From: a virus
Length of the DNA: 64,000 bases
Reading direction: 5' to 3' (one strand)
IMG/VR virus record: IMGVR_UViG_3300025626_000006
Location: 47,910 to 111,909 of that record
Positions 59,122 through 64,000 of the stretch are shown here, piece after piece. Below the pieces are notes generated by a model. The model was not told where the DNA came from and did no database searches. It worked only from the letters and a program-made list of their open reading frames with translations. How positions within the stretch are numbered: position 1 is the stretch's first letter; each line of letters begins with the position of its first letter. The position numbers were made by a program, and so were the translations under genes.

Positions 59122-60399
59122 TTAGAACCTAATTTTACCACCAGTTAATACTTGATAGTTCAAAGCGTTTCCACCTGATTGCCATACTGCTGTAAAACTG
59201 ATGTTATATTTAAATGTTTTTGTAATTTGAATATCCCAAGAACTAAATGGTACAATTAGTAGACCTGGGTCCCACCATTGACCTTCGTAGTATTGAGTAA
59301 ATGGAGAATAGACTCCTAATATTAGAGCTGATGTTGTTACTTTGGGAGTAACTCTAAAATTTCTATGAACACCACCAACAGCCGATAGATTTTGTAATTG
59401 ACGTTTTCCTAATTTACCTATTGTAAAGTTAGCACCTATCATACCAGTATATTTCTTTTTACCGAATTTAAATGATTCTAACGCTGTAGTTGTATTTAGG
59501 TGATTTTCCTTCCAATCAGTCATTGTAGTATTAGCACCTACTAAATTAAATGTTCTATTTGGATTAATCCACGATTTGTAAAGAGTTAAACTAAAATCAT
59601 TTGTTACACTTGTATATGTGAATAATGCACCTTTTATTTTGTTTTGTTTTGTATTAGCGTGGGTAATAGAACCTACTACTTTTACTTGACGACCATTTGA
59701 ATTATCTCTATTATCAATAACTATAATATCACCCGATGCTATTAAAGACCCTGAGTTTTTATTAGCTTCTGCACTTCCATCACCACCATCAACTGCGTTT
59801 GAAATAGAGTTAGCCAATGACATAGCCACCGTACCTTCTTTTGATTCTTCTTTTGTACTCCCATCACCTTCTGATGTACCACTTCCACTTGTACCACTTC
59901 CACTTGTACCACCTTCTGATGTACCACTTCCACTTGTACCACTTCCACTTGTACTACCTTCACCACCATCTCCATCATCTTCACCTGCTGAATTATCTAT
60001 TGCTTCTGCAACTGGAACTGAGGATGCTGAAACTGCTTGGGGTATCATGTCTCCACCTAATATACCCATAATATTTGTAATAACTCCAATAGTATTTTGA
60101 ACTGCTACTGAACTTGTAGTGTTCATAATAACTTGAGTTACAGATTCACATGGACTAGCAGAATTAGATTGAGTAACTAAATTCATCCATGAATCAAATG
60201 CACCATTTGTGAAATCATCTTGTGTAAACGTTTGAACATTACCAAAGTAATTTAAGGCAATAGAATTACCACTACCCATTTGAATAGTTTGTTGAGTTAG
60301 AGTACAAGGGTCTGTAAACGTATAAGACCATTGACCAAAACTAATCAATGGTGTTAAGAATAACAGTAATGTAATTATTTTACTCTTTAAATATTCCAC
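59122..60399 (-). CDS. Putative outer-membrane beta-barrel protein with Gly/Ser linker
   Basis: Signal peptide, a small disulfide-bearing N-domain, GSGTS repeats, and a strand-rich C-terminus ending GGKIRF. Confidence 0.6.
   Translation of the reverse strand: MEYLKSKIITLLLFLTPLISFGQWSYTFTDPCTLTQQTIQMGSGNSIALNYFGNVQTFTQDDFTNGAFDSWMNLVTQSNSASPCESVTQVIMNTTSSVAVQNTIGVITNIMGILGGDMIPQAVSASSVPVAEAIDNSAGEDDGDGGEGSTSGSGTSGSGTSEGGTSGSGTSGSGTSEGDGSTKEESKEGTVAMSLANSISNAVDGGDGSAEANKNSGSLIASGDIIVIDNRDNSNGRQVKVVGSITHANTKQNKIKGALFTYTSVTNDFSLTLYKSWINPNRTFNLVGANTTMTDWKENHLNTTTALESFKFGKKKYTGMIGANFTIGKLGKRQLQNLSAVGGVHRNFRVTPKVTTSALILGVYSPFTQYYEGQWWDPGLLIVPFSSWDIQITKTFKYNISFTAVWQSGGNALNYQVLTGGKIRF
59866..59962. 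repeat. 15-bp tandem repeat with 45-bp period encoding GSGTS/EGGTS
   Basis: Repeated cttgtaccacttcca units within the 59122..60399 gene. Confidence 0.85.
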
Positions 60400-61084
60400 G
60401 TTTTATCATCCTTTTTACGATACGAGCCGTTCCGGATTCTAAAGCTTTTTTAGTTGCAATTCCAATTGTTGATTGATTGAACTTAACTTCGTTGTCATCA
60501 CCAATTTGAGTTCTTTTAATTGTAACGGCTTCACCACTTCCACTTCCTGTAAAAATAGTTCCAGTTTCAGCATTAACAAATCGTACTTGCATACCAATAA
60601 TAGTTTTAAGTACAGTCTTTACTCCATCAATTGTAACTTCTTCTTCTTCTGATACTGAATAATCGTATATTTCTACATATACAAAATACTCAGCCAATAC
60701 AACATTACCCACAACTTTAATATCATTTGACGATATACCTTTTGCAGCTGCTTTATGTTGTTTAACCATTCTTTGTTTAATATCTTCTTTGTCTTCTGTA
60801 AATAAAAATCTATCAGTCCATTCTAAGTAAGATAATGTAATATTACTAACACCCAAACCTACTCTATTCTCTCTTAGTTCAGGATAGAATTCGTATAGTT
60901 CTGGTGTAAACCCAATATTCAAAACTTGAATAGGTAATTGGTAATCTAACATATAATCAGATACCTCATCAATGTCTGCTTTTTGTTCAAAACTAGCTTT
61001 ATAGTCTTCAGTCTCCGTTTTACCTATTTGACCATAGACTGTAAACGTAGTTAACAAAAAGATTAGTGTATATAATCTTACCAT
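60380..61084 (-). CDS. CsgG/HfaB-family protein
   Basis: Signal peptide; LGVSNI...L..TDRF...E; A.YFV...IYDY; IGMQVRFVNAETG.I..GSG.G. Confidence 0.75.
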   Translation of the reverse strand: MVRLYTLIFLLTTFTVYGQIGKTETEDYKASFEQKADIDEVSDYMLDYQLPIQVLNIGFTPELYEFYPELRENRVGLGVSNITLSYLEWTDRFLFTEDKEDIKQRMVKQHKAAAKGISSNDIKVVGNVVLAEYFVYVEIYDYSVSEEEEVTIDGVKTVLKTIIGMQVRFVNAETGTIFTGSGSGEAVTIKRTQIGDDNEVKFNQSTIGIATKKALESGTARIVKRMIKRGIFKE

Positions 61085-61329
61085 GTTATTTCTTCTTCTT
61101 TTGGTTTAGCAGGTGGTATCACTATTGTTTTAGATATTACAATAGTATCCTTAGATTCGGCTGGTGGATTAATTCTTTGTTCCATTACAGGTTGTACAAC
61201 CTCTTCTTTAGGTTCAAATATTGATTGCATATTAGCAATTAGTAATCCAAACGCTGCCGTTATGACCAACCCTACACCTGTTACTACTTGGTTTTTAATT
61301 TCCGAAAAAAATCCTTTGTTCTCACTCAT
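61078..61329 (-). CDS. Small membrane-anchored protein
   Basis: One TM helix, then a Pro-rich stalk ending EEEITW. Confidence 0.55.
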   Translation of the reverse strand: MSENKGFFSEIKNQVVTGVGLVITAAFGLLIANMQSIFEPKEEVVQPVMEQRINPPAESKDTIVISKTIVIPPAKPKEEEITW

Positions 61330-62063
61330 GTCTTTATTATCTTAAATGTTTTTACAAATTTACCATTACTTACTTGTAGCAAATAAACTCCAGCTGATAA
61401 CGTTGATAAATCAGTTTGAAATGAAGCGTAACCACTAAAAAGTTTTCGTGTAAATCTTTTATATTGTACACCACTAAAATTTATTACTCTAATATCATAA
61501 TAATCATTATCGGGCACAGTTAACTCAAATGTTAATTCACCTCTTGTTGGAACTGGATAAACTACACCATAAATTCCATCTGGCAATTCCGTAGGAAATG
61601 CAGACATTCTTTTATTAACGTATCCATCTGTATTTTCAACTTCAATATCCCATCCCAATTCAGTTCCAGCCGTTTTTCTACCAATTGTAATCGGAATAGT
61701 ATCCCAATTTTGATTAGTAACTCTAAATCTTACTGTAAATAATTCGGTTGTATTAGTTATAGTAAAATTACCAAATGATGCATCGTAACCACCCCATCTA
61801 ACAGTTTCACCTTCCCAGTCCATAGTATACGTTAACCACTCTTGGGCTTTAGGTGTCACACTAATCGATACGAACTCTAAATAATCTGAATCATAGTTCA
61901 GTGCGAATTCTAAACTACCAACATTTTCACCCTGAGTTTCTATTTCTACGGGTAAGTTAATAAACTCACTAGCAGGCACATCAATCTCAGGTACGTTAAA
62001 TACTACCTGAGACTGAGCGCTTGTTGTGAATATTAATATTAATGTTAGTAGACATAATCTCAT
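61326..62063 (-). CDS. Cohesin-like domain plus T9SS (Por) C-terminal sorting domain
   Basis: Signal peptide; INLPV...VGSLEFALNYD..LEF...ELFTVRF; C-terminal VYPVP...DLSTLSAGVYLLQV...KTFKIIK. Confidence 0.8.
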   Translation of the reverse strand: MRLCLLTLILIFTTSAQSQVVFNVPEIDVPASEFINLPVEIETQGENVGSLEFALNYDSDYLEFVSISVTPKAQEWLTYTMDWEGETVRWGGYDASFGNFTITNTTELFTVRFRVTNQNWDTIPITIGRKTAGTELGWDIEVENTDGYVNKRMSAFPTELPDGIYGVVYPVPTRGELTFELTVPDNDYYDIRVINFSGVQYKRFTRKLFSGYASFQTDLSTLSAGVYLLQVSNGKFVKTFKIIKT

Positions 62064-62064
62064 T

Positions 62065-63180
62065 TTAATTCAAACCTGTACCATTAGCATCACCTAATAC
62101 TAATAGATAGAAGTTACCAGCAGTAGTTCCATTTATTGTTGGTGATAAAAACTCTGATAATCCTGGAATCGAACTTGATTGGTCTGATGATGCCGCGTTA
62201 ATAGTATTGAACTGAGTTTCAGTAAAGAATAATACATCTGGGTTATTAGCGTAATCTGTACCATTAGTTGCTAATCTAGCAAATACTAAATACGAATCCG
62301 ATGCCGTTACACCATTAGCTTGATTTGGATTAGCAGTATAGAATTGTATACCAGAAGCCGATTGTACACCAACCGCTATTTGTGCTATCATATTAGCATC
62401 TGCCGTTGATAACGCTGTACTAGCATCTAACCCACTTGCAATCTTAAGTCTAACTTGCCAATAACCTTGGTCTACATTTTCTGAGAATGTTGCTTTTCCA
62501 TCTGCTCCAGTTGTTATTGTAGTAATATCTACCCAAGTATTACCATCCGAAGATTTCTGTAAGATTACAGGAATTGATTCAGCTGGGTTTGTACCACTAT
62601 TTAAAATAGTAGCTACATAATCAAATGCGGGTTCTACAAAGTTACCACCATTATCTTGTTTACCTAATACACCATCTGTACCATCTGTTTTTACATAATA
62701 AGCAGTTAGGTCTGTTGTAAAGTCTATATCATCAACAGAGGATTGTGTATAGTTACTAAGGAATGGTATGTCAACTGTAAACATATTACCATTAGTCATA
62801 TCAAATGTTGTAGTTGACCCAGTGTATACCCAAACTACTTTTACAATCCCATTTGTTGAATCAACATCATACGACATATAACCATCTGTACCAGATGTGT
62901 TGTTATATGCTAACGTTGGTTCATCAAACACGTCTTTATCGTAGTTGAAAGAAAACTGAATACCTTTGACTGCTGTACCTGATGTGTTACCATAGTAAAT
63001 GTCAAAAGTAGTGTTGTCACTTGAATCAATAGATTCTAATGTGTAAGTGGAATCTAATATAATCCATGGTTTAGTGTTATCTGGCGCAGTAGTTTGGCCA
63101 TAACTTAATGTACTAAATGCTAACAATAGTACCATTAATGTGTTTCGTAATAGTGTAATTTTTTTCATTGGATTTCCCAT
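62065..63180 (-). CDS. Cohesin-like, prealbumin-like and dockerin-like secreted protein
   Basis: Signal peptide; VKGIQFSFNYD; IPVIL...TTGADGK..F; LSTAD...FYTANPNQANGVTASD...LGDANG. Confidence 0.7.
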   Translation of the reverse strand: MGNPMKKITLLRNTLMVLLLAFSTLSYGQTTAPDNTKPWIILDSTYTLESIDSSDNTTFDIYYGNTSGTAVKGIQFSFNYDKDVFDEPTLAYNNTSGTDGYMSYDVDSTNGIVKVVWVYTGSTTTFDMTNGNMFTVDIPFLSNYTQSSVDDIDFTTDLTAYYVKTDGTDGVLGKQDNGGNFVEPAFDYVATILNSGTNPAESIPVILQKSSDGNTWVDITTITTGADGKATFSENVDQGYWQVRLKIASGLDASTALSTADANMIAQIAVGVQSASGIQFYTANPNQANGVTASDSYLVFARLATNGTDYANNPDVLFFTETQFNTINAASSDQSSSIPGLSEFLSPTINGTTAGNFYLLVLGDANGTGLN

Positions 63181-63203
63181 ATGTTTTTTAGTTAATAATA
63201 TTT

Positions 63204-64000
63204 TTAGTTTTTATGTCCAGCTCTTAATAAATAGTATGTTGTTTGATTTCCATTTAACAAATCGAACAAAGACCAATTTCCATAACCATTGAATATTGTC
63301 TTATCGTCCGTATCTACTGAAACTGCATCCCAATAAAAGGGCGTTTGCCAATAGTTTGTACTCCATATTTCTTGTCCACCACCAGGAAAATTAGTAATGT
63401 TACCATGTCGTTTCTGATGCATTAAATAGATGTCTGATACTGAAAATGTACCTGTATTATTGACATCCATTCTCCAATAATCTTTTGAACTAAATGTATC
63501 AATAAATAATCTATCTGTAAACCAGTTAATATCTGAAGTTGTAAGTGTTCCTATTGTTGGAGCGATGTCTATTGTAAAATCGTAATCGTTGTAATTTAAT
63601 GTGGTATTAAATGAATAATATCCGTTTGAATCTGTTGTTGTGGTGGCTTGTGTTGTGTATGAGAAACCAACTTGATTTTTATTCTGTGTCTTTAGGTAAA
63701 CAGTTTGTCCTGCAATACCTTGTTCTTCTGCACCTTTAATATAACCATCTGCTGTAATTGGTTCTACATTAGGGTCAGTAGCAGACCACTCTGCAAATGG
63801 ATGATTAGGACTAAGTTGGTTGTATGTATTACCATTTGGTAAGATATATTGAAAATTTGCTGCACCTATACCACCATAGTTTTGGATTCTATATTCAAAC
63901 TCATACCATTGAGTTTTATCTAGTGTTGCTGTACCATACGCCCAAGTATTCCAACCATAATATTTTGTAACTATATCATTAGTCTTACCAATACCTTTAA
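63204..64000 (-). CDS. PA14-like, prealbumin-like and dockerin-like protein, 5' end beyond window
   Basis: Frame is open from the window edge: LDKTQWYEFEYRIQNYGG, GYIKGAEEQGIAGQTVYL...TTDSNGYYSF, LTTSD...YWRMDVNNTGTFSVSD. Confidence 0.7.
   Translation of the reverse strand, partial: KGIGKTNDIVTKYYGWNTWAYGTATLDKTQWYEFEYRIQNYGGIGAANFQYILPNGNTYNQLSPNHPFAEWSATDPNVEPITADGYIKGAEEQGIAGQTVYLKTQNKNQVGFSYTTQATTTTDSNGYYSFNTTLNYNDYDFTIDIAPTIGTLTTSDINWFTDRLFIDTFSSKDYWRMDVNNTGTFSVSDIYLMHQKRHGNITNFPGGGQEIWSTNYWQTPFYWDAVSVDTDDKTIFNGYGNWSLFDLLNGNQTTYYLLRAGHKN

Noticed and set aside
59742-60071. Val/Gln-rich and His-rich ORFs
   Set aside because: These are alternative-frame readings of the GSGTS tandem repeat.

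Overview
This is a 64-kb, AT-rich fragment of a large lytic myovirus with T4-like baseplate genes. Essentially every gene is on the minus strand. The host is most likely a Bacteroidota (Flavobacteriia-type) bacterium, based on TTTG-N20-TAnnTTAG promoters, a DUF4494-like gene and a T9SS-type C-terminal signal. From left to right the window holds: (1) a baseplate/tail module and a gp55-like sigma factor (1-13.1 kb); (2) HD protein, ClpP, UvsE, Hsp20 and many small ORFs; (3) a MoxR-AAA/VWA pair; (4) APS kinase with a nucleotidyltransferase; (5) an RNA cluster of six canonical tRNAs, two tandem non-canonical tRNA-Gly(UCC)-like RNAs with their own promoter, and a 6S-like hairpin; (6) mgsA, thyA and an orphan PvuII-like nuclease; (7) a gene-poor ~1.5-kb region with paired DnaA-box-like repeats, a candidate origin or terminus; (8) nucleotide-pool enzymes and a GroEL/GroES/J-domain/ClpS set; (9) glycan-modifying enzymes; (10) putative Glu-cleaved internal head proteins. 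At the right end is an unusual cell-envelope operon encoding PA14-dockerin, cohesin-dockerin, cohesin-T9SS-CTD, CsgG-like and beta-barrel proteins. The strongest novelty candidates are this envelope operon and the non-canonical tRNA-Gly pair. All functional calls come from motif recognition by eye; no database searches were run.
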